This document shows, piece after piece, positions 19,104 to 28,393 of a stretch of DNA of 32,680 bases (its first letter is position 1; every line of letters starts with the position of its first letter). Origin of the DNA: Actinomycetota bacterium (GTDB taxonomy: Bacteria > Actinomycetota > Acidimicrobiia > Spongiisociales > UBA4744). The notes beneath the pieces are model-generated. The model had not been told where the DNA came from, made no database searches, and saw only the letters and a program-made list of their open reading frames with translations. The stretch spans positions 1 through 32,680 of the forward strand of contig JAADGS010000069.1 in assembly GCA_013152275.1 (NCBI GenBank). The letters are read 5' to 3'. Position numbers and translations under genes: made by a program.

Positions 19104-19153
19104 GACGGGCGAGCACTTCCTTGGCTCCAAGTGGCCGATGACCCAGGCCCGTC
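19104..19153. terminator. Possible bidirectional hairpin between convergent genes
   Basis: GACGGGC...GCCCGTC outer stem with an inner CACTT..AAGTG pairing; no U-tract. Confidence 0.3.
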
Positions 19154-19173
19154 GACGATCGAGCACCGCCTTC

Positions 19174-20184
19174 CTACGCGTACAAGGTCGGCCGCGCCGG
19201 TTGGTCGACTCTCACCGGAGTCCCCTTTTCAATCGACTTCGCCCCGGCGAGGGCGGCCGCCAGCGTCAGGTATCCGTCCCAGGCCGTGGGACCTTCAGGC
19301 CGATCCTCGAGAACGGACATAGACCACGCCTGGACCTCACGAATGTACGCAACGACAAAGCGCTCCAACCAGTCAGGTTCGACAGATTGACGCATATGGC
19401 CTTCTTGTCGAACAACCGGCGTGTGGTGGGGTGCGGTGGTCACCATCCCGTGGGAACCGCTGATCTCGACCCCGACCTCGTATCCGAAACCCGAGTCCTT
19501 GTTGACTTCGATCGAGGCGATGGCGCCACCGGCCATTGCCATGGTGATCAGTTGAAGATCGAGCTGATCGCTTCGTTCGGGGTTGATGGTCGTACCACGA
19601 ACGTAGACCTCGGAGATCTCGTCTCCCAGCAGCCAACGTGCCGAATAGAGGTCGTGCACCGCGGAATTGACGAGTACCTCTTTGGACGTGGGCGGTGTCG
19701 CTTCCGGCGGATTCCGATGCCAGCCCCGAAACATCAACGGCCGGCCGATCTCCCCACGGTCGATCGCCTGTTTCACGGCGACGTGTTGGGGGTCGTAATG
19801 ACGCATCAACCCAACCTGGAGTAGCCGTCGTCCGAGTTGTGCCTCCCTTTCCACGACTGCTGCCGCGGTGTCGAGGTCCGTTGCCAGGGGCTTTTCGACC
19901 AGAGCGTGTTTACCGTGTTCCAGACAAGCGAACGCGAAGTCGCCGTGGGTGACATCCGGACTCGCGATGATGACGCAGTCGACAAGTTCCGACGCGATGA
20001 GCTCGAAACCATCGGTGAATACCCTTGCGCCTGTGGGGCCGGCTATGTCGGCTGCACGATCGGCGTCGATGTCCATGACCGCGGCGAGCCGGGCATGACC
20101 CACCTGCGAGTGGATGTTGCGAGCATGGCGCCCACCCATTCCCCCGGTGCCGATTACCCCGACTCGCAACTGTTCGGTCATCAC
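19174..20184 (-). CDS. Gfo/Idh/MocA oxidoreductase, inositol 2-dehydrogenase-like (second IolG-type paralogue)
   Basis: GTGGMG, EKPLA, LQVGLMRHYDP, NSAVHD and FGYEVGVE motifs. Confidence 0.85.
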   Translation of the reverse strand: MMTEQLRVGVIGTGGMGGRHARNIHSQVGHARLAAVMDIDADRAADIAGPTGARVFTDGFELIASELVDCVIIASPDVTHGDFAFACLEHGKHALVEKPLATDLDTAAAVVEREAQLGRRLLQVGLMRHYDPQHVAVKQAIDRGEIGRPLMFRGWHRNPPEATPPTSKEVLVNSAVHDLYSARWLLGDEISEVYVRGTTINPERSDQLDLQLITMAMAGGAIASIEVNKDSGFGYEVGVEISGSHGMVTTAPHHTPVVRQEGHMRQSVEPDWLERFVVAYIREVQAWSMSVLEDRPEGPTAWDGYLTLAAALAGAKSIEKGTPVRVDQPARPTLYA

Positions 20185-21209
20185 ATGTCACTCCTTGGCT
20201 CGGGCGGCTCGATGCCTGCTGTGGCGAACAGCCGCTCGAGAAGCCTCATGTTGGCAACGGAGTCTTCGATCGGGAGGGGGGAGGGTTCTCCGTTGAGGAT
20301 GGCATCTGCCAGCGCAGTGGCCTGGAGCCCGTACTGGTTGGCGGGCGGGATGACCAGCGTTTCGACGGCAGAGGCGTGTGGATGGTGATCGCCACCCGTC
20401 CCGATGGTCACCTTCGTGGCGACATCGGGTGGACAGTTGAAGGGATCGGCGACCGAGATCCAGCCGTCCGTCCCGTGAATCATCACCCGGTGCTCAGGCT
20501 CCTGCTCGATGGAACAGGTGAAGGTGGCGAAAGCATCGCCGTAATCGAGGATACCGCTGAATGTCATGTCGACCCGCCATTCGGGATGCACCCGGGCAGC
20601 GCCATGCACCCGCAGAGGATCATCGCCGAGCAGCATTCTGGCGACGTTGACGGCATAGCAGCCTACGTCGTAGAGGGCGCCACCACCGGCCCCGAAGTCG
20701 AGCCGATAGTCACCGGCTTTGGTCGATCTGAACGAAAACCAGATTCCGACATCGGTAATGCGGCCGATCGAACCGTCGCCAACCAATTCACGGACCGCGA
20801 TCCACGCCGGGTGAAACCGATACATGAATGCTTCCATGACAAGCACGGTGCGGTCGGCGCAGTGGGCAGCGACCTCCTGCGCCTCGACGCTCGTCAGCGC
20901 GATCGGCTTCTCGCACAGAACGTGTTTCCCTGCGTCTGCCGCTTTCTTCGTCCACACGCCATGCAGATTGTTGGGAAGCGGAAGATACACGACATCGATC
21001 CCCGGGTCGGCCAACAGCTCTTCGTATGAGCCGTAGGCTCTCGGTATGGCAAACCGTGTCGCAACACTGTTTGCCCTTGCCGAGGAGCGCGAGGCGATTG
21101 CCACAAGGTCGCACCGCTCCGCACCCTGGAGCGCGGGAATGACACGGTCTCGGGCGATCGAGCCCGTTCCCAACACGCCCCATCGTACCGACGGATGCGA
21201 TCCGCTCAT
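20181..21209 (-). CDS. Gfo/Idh/MocA oxidoreductase (NADP-dependent aldose/scyllo-inositol dehydrogenase-like)
   Basis: WGVLGTGSIA, CEKPIA, MEAFMYRFHP and GGGALYDVGCY motifs. True start ATG 21209 with a GGAGG RBS. Confidence 0.87.
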   Translation of the reverse strand: MSGSHPSVRWGVLGTGSIARDRVIPALQGAERCDLVAIASRSSARANSVATRFAIPRAYGSYEELLADPGIDVVYLPLPNNLHGVWTKKAADAGKHVLCEKPIALTSVEAQEVAAHCADRTVLVMEAFMYRFHPAWIAVRELVGDGSIGRITDVGIWFSFRSTKAGDYRLDFGAGGGALYDVGCYAVNVARMLLGDDPLRVHGAARVHPEWRVDMTFSGILDYGDAFATFTCSIEQEPEHRVMIHGTDGWISVADPFNCPPDVATKVTIGTGGDHHPHASAVETLVIPPANQYGLQATALADAILNGEPSPLPIEDSVANMRLLERLFATAGIEPPEPRSDM

Positions 21210-21235
21210 GTTTGCTCCACCTCCCCGAGGACGCC

Positions 21236-21264
21236 AGCCTACAACATGATGTGGAACGTTCCAA
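21236..21264 (-). promoter_or_regulatory. Promoter TTGGAA-17-TAGGCT overlapped by operator TGGAACGTTCCA (copy 4, 21252-21263)
   Basis: -10 at 21241-21236 and -35 at 21264-21259, the latter overlapping the palindrome. Confidence 0.72.
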
Positions 21265-21656
21265 CGGGTCTTGTCTCGATACGGCGGCAAGAGGACCCTT
21301 CTCCTGAAACAGCCGACGATCCCCGATGTGACATGGCGAGCCGGTGGCTCCAAGTCTCTCGTTTCGCTCATCCGGTGCCTTGCGCATGCACTACGGCGCG
21401 GTTTCTCACCCGACCTCAGGAGGCCTTCCGAGGCGTGCAACAGCCTTGTCCGCCGACAGGCCGATACCGGCATGATCCTTGGAAGTCCGGACGGAGATGC
21501 GCCTTCCGACACCAGCGTCACCACCCGAAGCCGATCCCGCCGCCAGCCGGTCGTCCGGTGGGGGACGCGTGAAAAAGCTCGGCCGGGTCCCCATTGCCTA
21601 TTCCTTTCGATCGCCACGCAGAGTAGTATGTAGGTCACGCTGTGAGGAGGCACGCG

Positions 21657-21953
21657 ATGAGGAAACCCTTGGCGTTCATATTGGCAGCTCTTCTCGTGGG
21701 GGCGATCGCAGGTCCGGTCTCCGCTACCCCACCTGGGGAGGATGGGAGCCACAAGGTGACGATCTGCCATGTCACGAACTCGGTATCGAATCCTTGGGTG
21801 ATCGTCGAGGTCGACGTCGCCGCATTCGATGGAGCCGGTGCCAACGACCACACTCGTCACATCTCCCAGGATGGCCGCCGGGATGTGCCGGCCACGGATG
21901 GTGTGTGCCCTGCTTCCAGCAGCACCACCACCACCGCTTCCACAGCTACCTAG
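21657..21953 (+). CDS. Small secreted protein with a KVTICH-type Cys/His domain and Ser/Thr tail
   Basis: Strong GAGGAGG RBS, signal peptide (MRKPLAFILAALLVGAIAGPVSA), then HKVTICHVTNSVSNPWV...H..H...C. Confidence 0.75.
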   Translation: MRKPLAFILAALLVGAIAGPVSATPPGEDGSHKVTICHVTNSVSNPWVIVEVDVAAFDGAGANDHTRHISQDGRRDVPATDGVCPASSSTTTTASTAT

Positions 21954-22279
21954 CGGTGTGTCGGTCAATTGATGACCCGGGTCGGCGGACAACTCAGTCC
22001 GCGGCAACGGGCCGGGCTCCCAAAGAGGACCCCATCACCAAGTCCGCGACGGACCACAAGGACCTCGATAGCCAACCTCTACGGCGTTCTGCCGGCCAGG
22101 AACGCTGCTCGCCGAGTTCGCCGCCTCGGCGCGCGAGGGCAAGGTGTGGTCCTCGTAGATGGCATGCTGCAGCTTTCAGCCGAATGTCCTGGAGCCCTAC
22201 TCGCGAGTCGCGTGCACCCACGGTAGCTCTCTGCCACCGCGGCAGGCCGGCCTTGGCCTCCCGGAGCCCTTCCGGCCGT

Positions 22280-23527
22280 TCAGCCGCGGAGCTCGGCTGC
22301 GCGGGCATGGGCTTCGAGTCCCTCGATCCGTGCCAGGGCCGCGCTGTCGGCCACGACTTCGTGTGGTTTGGTGAGCCGAATCCACGTCGGTGACCTGAGA
22401 AACGTCATCACAGAGAGCCCAGACTGGAACCTGGCTCCTCCTCCGGTGGGAAGGACATGGTTGGGCCCGATCCCATAGTCTGCAAACGCCTCGGCGCTGG
22501 TCTCACCCATGAACAGCGAACCGTACGATCCGAGCCTGCCGGCCAGCGCTTTGGGATCGGAGACGTGGAGAGCGAGATGCTCCGGGCCGATCCGTTCGCT
22601 GAGCGCCACGGCTTGCTCCAAGTCATCCACAACGGTGCAATACCCGTTGCCCAGGGCCACCGCAGCCACATCGGCCGTGGGAAGGTCATGTAGTTGTCTG
22701 GTGATCTGCAGTTCCACGTCCTCGCGGAGGGAACTGCTCGTCGTGATCAGGATGGGGAGGGCGTCGACATCGTGTTCGGCCTGAGCGAGGAGGTCGGCCG
22801 CGATCAGGCGGGGATCGGCCGAGGCATCGGCAATGACAACGATCTCACTGGGCCCTGCCAACCCGTCGATGCCGATCTCACCGAACAGGAGTTTCTTGGC
22901 TGCCGTCACCCAACGATTCCCCGGGCCGACGACCAGATCACATGGCGGGGAGAGGATGCCGAACGAGAGTGCGGCTATGGCCTGTGCACCACCCACTTTC
23001 AGCAGTCCATCGGCGCCCGCCAGCGCCGCTGCGGCCATCGTGAGCGAGGTCGGTTTGGGGGAGGCCACCCAGACGCTCTCGACCCCGGCGACTCGGGCCG
23101 GAATCACGGTCATCAAGACCGAAGAAGGGAGCGGATACCGGCCGCCGGGCGCATAGGCTCCCGCGGTTCTCACAGGGAGCCACGAATGCCCGGCCCGCCC
23201 TCCCGGCACCTCCACGTCGATGTCGACGACGGCGTCCCGTTGGGCTTCGGCGAACGCCCTTATCTGTTGCGCCGCCCTGTCGAGAAGCCGCCGCCGGTGT
23301 TCATCCAGGCCGGCGAGGGCCTCATCGAGATCGCGACGGGTCGCGACAAGCGGCTCACCGGGTGTGACGTCTCCCAGCCGTTCGCCATGTCGACGCAACG
23401 CGTCCTCACCGTCTTGGCGGATGTCCTCGACGATCATCGATGCTTCGCGAAGGGTCTCAGGGTCGACAGGGCGTCTGCGATCTCGAATCGCGTCGACATC
23501 CGAACGTAGTCTGAGCCACACGCTCAC
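22280..23527 (-). CDS. hisD: Histidinol dehydrogenase
   Basis: YAPGGRYPLPSS, GPGNRWV, AGPSE, QAEHD, PEHL and GPNHVLPT motifs. GTG 23527 overlaps the upstream stop. Confidence 0.95.
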   Translation of the reverse strand: MSVWLRLRSDVDAIRDRRRPVDPETLREASMIVEDIRQDGEDALRRHGERLGDVTPGEPLVATRRDLDEALAGLDEHRRRLLDRAAQQIRAFAEAQRDAVVDIDVEVPGGRAGHSWLPVRTAGAYAPGGRYPLPSSVLMTVIPARVAGVESVWVASPKPTSLTMAAAALAGADGLLKVGGAQAIAALSFGILSPPCDLVVGPGNRWVTAAKKLLFGEIGIDGLAGPSEIVVIADASADPRLIAADLLAQAEHDVDALPILITTSSSLREDVELQITRQLHDLPTADVAAVALGNGYCTVVDDLEQAVALSERIGPEHLALHVSDPKALAGRLGSYGSLFMGETSAEAFADYGIGPNHVLPTGGGARFQSGLSVMTFLRSPTWIRLTKPHEVVADSAALARIEGLEAHARAAELRG

Positions 23528-24783
23528 CGGGGAACCTCCTTGGCCTCCATCGGCCTCCGGCTGACCTTCAACTCTCGCCGATCGAGCTCCCCGGCGATGT
23601 CCTCCAGGGTGACACCTGCCGCGGCGGCCTTGACCAGAGTGAAATAGAGAAGGTCGGCTGCTTCTGCAATCACGTCCTCGTGTGCCGCAGCGACGCAAAG
23701 CTCGTTTGCCTCTTCACGGATCTTTGCGGCGAGAAGGGCGGGATCGCCCAAGAGCCTGGTGGTGTTGCCGAGTGTCCCCTCTTCGGCGATCCGGGTGAGG
23801 CGACGAGCGAGTCGTTGAATCCCGTTGTCCTCGCCCCAGCAGGACCGGTACCCGAGATGACAGAATCCATCCTTCTGGCGAACCGTGAACCGCAGGGCGT
23901 CACGATCACAGTCCAGGTCGATCTTGATCAGCTCTTGCGTCGCCCCGGAGGTCTCCCCCTTGACCCAGAGCCCGCGTGATCGACTCTGGTAGACGCCCCT
24001 CCTCGTCTCGACGGCCTCGCGAAGGCTCTCCATACTCGACCAGACGAGACCGAGTGCCTGGCCTGCCTCGTCGGCGACGACGGTCGCCCACAGTCCTTCG
24101 GACCGGAGGGACTTCAGTGGTGCGGCTATGGCGTCTGCCAACGTCATCTTCCCGGTGTAGAGGGCCATGCCGACTTGGGCGTCCGCGCCGAGACGATCGA
24201 GTTCTCGGATCTCGTCGACAGATACGATCCCACCGGCCACGGTCACTCTGCTGTCACCGGCAGCGGCCACCACTGCCGCAGCCCGCTCCAGATCCGTTCC
24301 TCCGAGGAGCCCTTCGCGCTCCACGAATGTGACGAGAAAGCCTCCGCAGAAGTCTCGAAGCTCCTCCACTCGCGACAAGACGGTTTCTCCTGTCGTGCGA
24401 CGCCACCCGTGGGTCACCACGTCGCCGTCACGGGAATCGAGAGACACGATCACCCTCTCACGAGGAAGCTGTGACAAGAGTTCCGGGGTCGCGGCCGTCC
24501 CGATGATCACCCGCCTCGCCCCGGCGTCCAACCATCGTCGGGCAGTAGCGACATCGCGTATGCCGCCGCCCACCCGCGTTGGACCTCGCCGGCACAGATC
24601 GCCGATCAGCTCGACATTGTCCCCCTCGCCGCGGGCAGCGTCGATATCGATGACGGCCACCTCTCCGGCCACCGAGAATCGTTCCAGAAGAGGCCTGGGG
24701 TCACCGGCATCCAAGGCCCGCTCCTCGCCTCCGATGAGCTGGACCGTCGAACCGTGCGAAATATCGATAGAGGGAATGATCAC
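23524..24783 (-). CDS. hisAIE: Trifunctional fusion: HisA-like isomerase + HisI (PR-AMP cyclohydrolase) + HisE (PR-ATP pyrophosphatase)
   Basis: IIPSID, VGGGIR, VSLD and AGGI (HisA); SRSRGLWVKGETSG and DCDRD...CH....SC (HisI); KIREEA and EAADLLY (HisE). Confidence 0.88.
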   Translation of the reverse strand: MIIPSIDISHGSTVQLIGGEERALDAGDPRPLLERFSVAGEVAVIDIDAARGEGDNVELIGDLCRRGPTRVGGGIRDVATARRWLDAGARRVIIGTAATPELLSQLPRERVIVSLDSRDGDVVTHGWRRTTGETVLSRVEELRDFCGGFLVTFVEREGLLGGTDLERAAAVVAAAGDSRVTVAGGIVSVDEIRELDRLGADAQVGMALYTGKMTLADAIAAPLKSLRSEGLWATVVADEAGQALGLVWSSMESLREAVETRRGVYQSRSRGLWVKGETSGATQELIKIDLDCDRDALRFTVRQKDGFCHLGYRSCWGEDNGIQRLARRLTRIAEEGTLGNTTRLLGDPALLAAKIREEANELCVAAAHEDVIAEAADLLYFTLVKAAAAGVTLEDIAGELDRRELKVSRRPMEAKEVPR

Positions 24784-25538
24784 TGTCTCACCTCCACTCC
24801 CATGGAGCCCAGCCGGGTCTTCAGTGCTCCGACGGTCGTCACACCATCGTGAAGAATCGACGCGACGAGAACCCCCGTGGCTCCCGCCTCGATGCCCTCC
24901 TTGAGATGCTCGGCGTTGCTGGCGCCGCCGGAAGCGATCACCGGGACGGTCACCGCCGAACAGACTGCAGCGACCAACTCCAGGTCGTAACCGTCCTTGG
25001 TGCCGTCACGATCCCAGCTCGTGAGAAGGATCTCCCCGGCACCGGCCGTGGCCGCCGCCCGGCACCATTCGACAACGTCGATCCCGGTTCGGTTGCGGCC
25101 GCTCTCCACGACGACTTCCCATCCACGAGTCGATCGCTTGGCGGCATCCACGGCGACAACGGTGCACTGGGAACCGAAACGTTGTGCGATGTCCGAGACG
25201 AGGCCAGGCCGTGTCACCGCCGCCGTGTTGACGCCAACCTTGTCCGCCCCGGCGTCGAGGAGCCTCCCCGCGTCGTCGGTGGAACGGACTCCCCCGCCGA
25301 CGGTCAGTGGGATCGAGAGGACCGACCGTACCGCCTGGACCGTTTCAATGGCATGACTTCGACCTTCGGGTGTTGCCGACACGTCGAGAAGCACGATCTC
25401 GTCGGCACCCTGGTCTTCGTAGGCGGCGGCACAGGCAACCGGGTCGCCGGCATCACGAAGATCTTGAAAACGGACACCCTTGACGACACGTCCGTCCCTG
25501 ATGTCGAGACAGGGGATTACGCGGGAAGCGAGCATCAC
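24780..25538 (-). CDS. hisF: Imidazole glycerol phosphate synthase cyclase subunit
   Basis: RVIPCLD, GRVVKG, AGDP, GAGEILLTS.DRDGT and PVIASGG motifs. Confidence 0.96.
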   Translation of the reverse strand: MMLASRVIPCLDIRDGRVVKGVRFQDLRDAGDPVACAAAYEDQGADEIVLLDVSATPEGRSHAIETVQAVRSVLSIPLTVGGGVRSTDDAGRLLDAGADKVGVNTAAVTRPGLVSDIAQRFGSQCTVVAVDAAKRSTRGWEVVVESGRNRTGIDVVEWCRAAATAGAGEILLTSWDRDGTKDGYDLELVAAVCSAVTVPVIASGGASNAEHLKEGIEAGATGVLVASILHDGVTTVGALKTRLGSMGVEVRQ

Positions 25539-25539
25539 G

Positions 25540-26145
25540 TCACCACGAAGTGGCCGTCAGCCATCGTTCAAGGACACCGGCACCCCAAGCGCTCGAAAGC
25601 TCGGGATGGAACTGACAAGCCAGGACGTCGCCTCGCTCCAGCGCCGAAACGAAGCGGCCTCCATAATCGGTTGTTGCCCCCACCCATCCTTGCGGTATCC
25701 GGCACAGCCGGTACGAGTTGGCAAAGTAGGCCCAGCCCGGCGTGAGGAACCGACTTCCCCGCTCAGGTTCAACCATGTTCCACCCGAGCTGAGGAACCCT
25801 GACGTCGTCGTCGAAACGGGTGACCGTTTCGGGGACGAGACCAAGACCGGACTGCCCTGGGCTCTCCTCGCTCGCGGTGCAGAGGAGCTGCAACCCGAGA
25901 CAGATCGCCAGAGTGGGTCTACCCTCATCGATTCTCTCCGACAACGCTGCCCGCATCCCGACCTGATCGATCCTCGACATTGCAGCACCGAAGGAGCCGA
26001 CACCGGGGACGACCACACGGTCGCCGGCCTCCACATCGTTGGCCTCGCCTGCGAGTTTCGGTGTGGCCCCGGCCCGCCGAAACGCGGCAACCACCGATGC
26101 CGTATTGGCCGTACCGGTGGGCACGATCACGACGGTGTCGCTCAT
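25540..26145 (-). CDS. hisH: Imidazole glycerol phosphate synthase glutaminase subunit
   Basis: PGVGSF, ICLGLQ and QFHPE motifs. Confidence 0.94.
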   Translation of the reverse strand: MSDTVVIVPTGTANTASVVAAFRRAGATPKLAGEANDVEAGDRVVVPGVGSFGAAMSRIDQVGMRAALSERIDEGRPTLAICLGLQLLCTASEESPGQSGLGLVPETVTRFDDDVRVPQLGWNMVEPERGSRFLTPGWAYFANSYRLCRIPQGWVGATTDYGGRFVSALERGDVLACQFHPELSSAWGAGVLERWLTATSW

Positions 26146-26726
26146 CGCAAGGTCCCCTTCGTGCTCGGAACATCACCGCCGGCAACGCTCACCGCGGACC
26201 GCATGGCGAGAGCCACCGCCTTGAACGCCGCCTCCGCCATGTGGTGATTGTTCTCGCCTCGAATCAGATCGACATGAAGCGCCATGCGCGCCTCGACTGC
26301 CATCGAGACCAAGAAGTGCCGCAGGTTCTCGGTCGCGAGATCACCGATGGTCTCCCTCGTGAACGGGATCTCGACCTCTGCCCATCCACGACCCGACAGG
26401 TCGACCACCGCTCGGCACAATGACTCGTCCAGTGGTGCGTAGGCAAAGCCGAACCGCGTGATTCCGGTCCGGTCGGCCAACGCCTCGTCGATGGCGCCCC
26501 CGATGGCCATCCCACAGTCCTCGGCCGTGTGATGATCGTCGACACCCAGATCTCCCTGGACGGTGAGATCGAGATCGAATCTTGCGTGCCTCGCAAGAGT
26601 GGACAGCATGTGATCGAGAAAACCCACTCCTGTGTCGACCTTGGATCGTCCGGTCCCATCGAGACCAATCGAGCCCACGATGTCGACCTCGAGGGTCTTG
26701 CGCGCAAAACCGGCTGTCCTGTTCAT
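26142..26726 (-). CDS. hisB: Imidazoleglycerol-phosphate dehydratase (monofunctional)
   Basis: FLDHML, DDHHTAED and NNHHMAEAAFK motifs. Confidence 0.95.
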   Translation of the reverse strand: MNRTAGFARKTLEVDIVGSIGLDGTGRSKVDTGVGFLDHMLSTLARHARFDLDLTVQGDLGVDDHHTAEDCGMAIGGAIDEALADRTGITRFGFAYAPLDESLCRAVVDLSGRGWAEVEIPFTRETIGDLATENLRHFLVSMAVEARMALHVDLIRGENNHHMAEAAFKAVALAMRSAVSVAGGDVPSTKGTLR

Positions 26727-28393
26727 GAAAAGAGCCCTTCGAGTTCCGAGACCGACCCAAGGATCCGTGCGGTCCCGACCAGAGAGCGTCGAGCACGGTC
26801 CGTGTCATCGCCAGGTGCAACGACCCCGATCGGGATCACTCCTGCACCTCTTGCCGCCGCTACATCATCAGGCGTGTCCCCCAGCATCCAGGCCCTGTCG
26901 ACACCGAGACGCTTTAGAGCCAACCGGACCGGCGCCGGGTCGGGTTTCAGACGAGTGTCTTCCTTGGTGACCAGCACCGAGATCGAATCCAGCATCCCGG
27001 ACCGGGCAAGGAACTCTTCGGCATCGGACTTCGGTCGTCCCGTCACGACACCTATGGGAAGCATCTCCGCCCACCGCTCCAACATGGTGGCCTCCACGAG
27101 CGCCTCCTCGCGCAGTTTGAGACCCTCGAGGCCGTCGACTCCCTGATAGAGAGTCTCGAACCGGTCGATTACGGCCGAGATCGACACCTCCACGCCGGCG
27201 TCGGCACACAGTCTTCGCGTCAGCTCCCAATCGTCGTCCGCGTCACCCGCCGCTTTGGCCTCCTCGATATCCCGACGAGTCACGCCGACTCCGAAGCTCG
27301 CCGCCGTTTCGACGATCGCCGTCACCTGAAAGCCGGCGACGTCGGCGAGGACACCGTCGAGGTCGAGCAACAGGGCCTCGGGAGCGACGGCCGACAGCAG
27401 CGTGTGGACCAAACGCTCGAACCGAGGCTGATCGCCGGGCAGGGTGATCCGCAGATAATCCTCGAGTCCGGGACGTTCCGGGAACCTTCGCAGCGCAACT
27501 CCCAGAGATGCAGCAGCAGACAGTACCCATTCCGGGGCATCGAATCGGGCCAAGACAAAGTTGGCCTGAGACGGCAAGGTGACGATGCCGTGCGATTCGA
27601 GGATCCCCGCCAACGTATCTCGTTGAGATCTCACGTTGCCGACGAATTCGGCGACCTCGTCTCGATCATTCAGACGCGCGTGCGCGAGGGATGCCGAGAG
27701 CCCCGACACCGCGTACGGATTCCCGTACGCCGCCAGCTCCGTGACCAGCTCGGTCGAACCCAGCACATAGCCGACCCGTAGACCGGCCAGCCCCCACGCC
27801 TTGGAGAGGGTGCGGATGACGACAACATTCTCCATTTCGAGGGCGGCACGAGTCAGGCCGCGGTCGGCAAACTCTTCATAGACGGCATCCAATACGAGCA
27901 GCCGCGCGCTCGCCGCCAGCTCGCGCAGGGCGGCTTCGTCGATCACAGCGCCCGTCGGATTGTTCGGCGAGACCACGAACACAATGTCCGTGTCGTCCGA
28001 GATGGCGTCTATGACGGCTTCGATCGGAAAGGCACCTTGCCACCAGGGCACCTCGACCAGACGACCTCCAACCTGTTCGACATAGCGGGGGATCATCACG
28101 AAGCTCGGATACGTGGCTACCGCTTTTCGGCCTGGACCCATATGTGCGAGGAAACACCTGAAGAGCGCGTCGTCCGCACCGGCGGTCACCAGCACCTGAT
28201 CGGTTTCGACTCCGTGAAGCTCGCGGATGCTCTCTCGCAGCGCAGACGTCTCCGGGTATCGACTCACCAGGCTCGACTCGTTGGAGATGCAACTGAGCAA
28301 GGAGACCAATGGCGGTTGCCCTTCATTCCTCGACAGGTCCAGATCGATCGGAGAGTCGGACAGGGGGTGCGAATATGCAGTAGGACGGTTCAT
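26723..28393 (-). CDS. hisC: Histidinol-phosphate aminotransferase fused to a C-terminal HAD phosphatase (probable histidinol-phosphate phosphatase)
   Basis: SPNNPTG, DAVYEEF and RTLSKAWGLAGLRVGY (PLP Lys), followed by LLLDLDGVL, VVTGRP, KPDP and GDTPDD (HAD motifs I-IV). Confidence 0.88.
   Translation of the reverse strand: MNRPTAYSHPLSDSPIDLDLSRNEGQPPLVSLLSCISNESSLVSRYPETSALRESIRELHGVETDQVLVTAGADDALFRCFLAHMGPGRKAVATYPSFVMIPRYVEQVGGRLVEVPWWQGAFPIEAVIDAISDDTDIVFVVSPNNPTGAVIDEAALRELAASARLLVLDAVYEEFADRGLTRAALEMENVVVIRTLSKAWGLAGLRVGYVLGSTELVTELAAYGNPYAVSGLSASLAHARLNDRDEVAEFVGNVRSQRDTLAGILESHGIVTLPSQANFVLARFDAPEWVLSAAASLGVALRRFPERPGLEDYLRITLPGDQPRFERLVHTLLSAVAPEALLLDLDGVLADVAGFQVTAIVETAASFGVGVTRRDIEEAKAAGDADDDWELTRRLCADAGVEVSISAVIDRFETLYQGVDGLEGLKLREEALVEATMLERWAEMLPIGVVTGRPKSDAEEFLARSGMLDSISVLVTKEDTRLKPDPAPVRLALKRLGVDRAWMLGDTPDDVAAARGAGVIPIGVVAPGDDTDRARRSLVGTARILGSVSELEGLFS

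Noticed and set aside
20181..22007. 608-aa ORF as a Gfo/Idh/MocA protein with a large N-terminal extension
   Set aside because: RBS, promoter and operator define the start at 21209, and the extension overlaps a credible plus-strand gene. The same reasoning trims ORFs 6647-7960, 11552-12772, 17466-18437, 17760-19100, 22280-23698 and 30660-32204.
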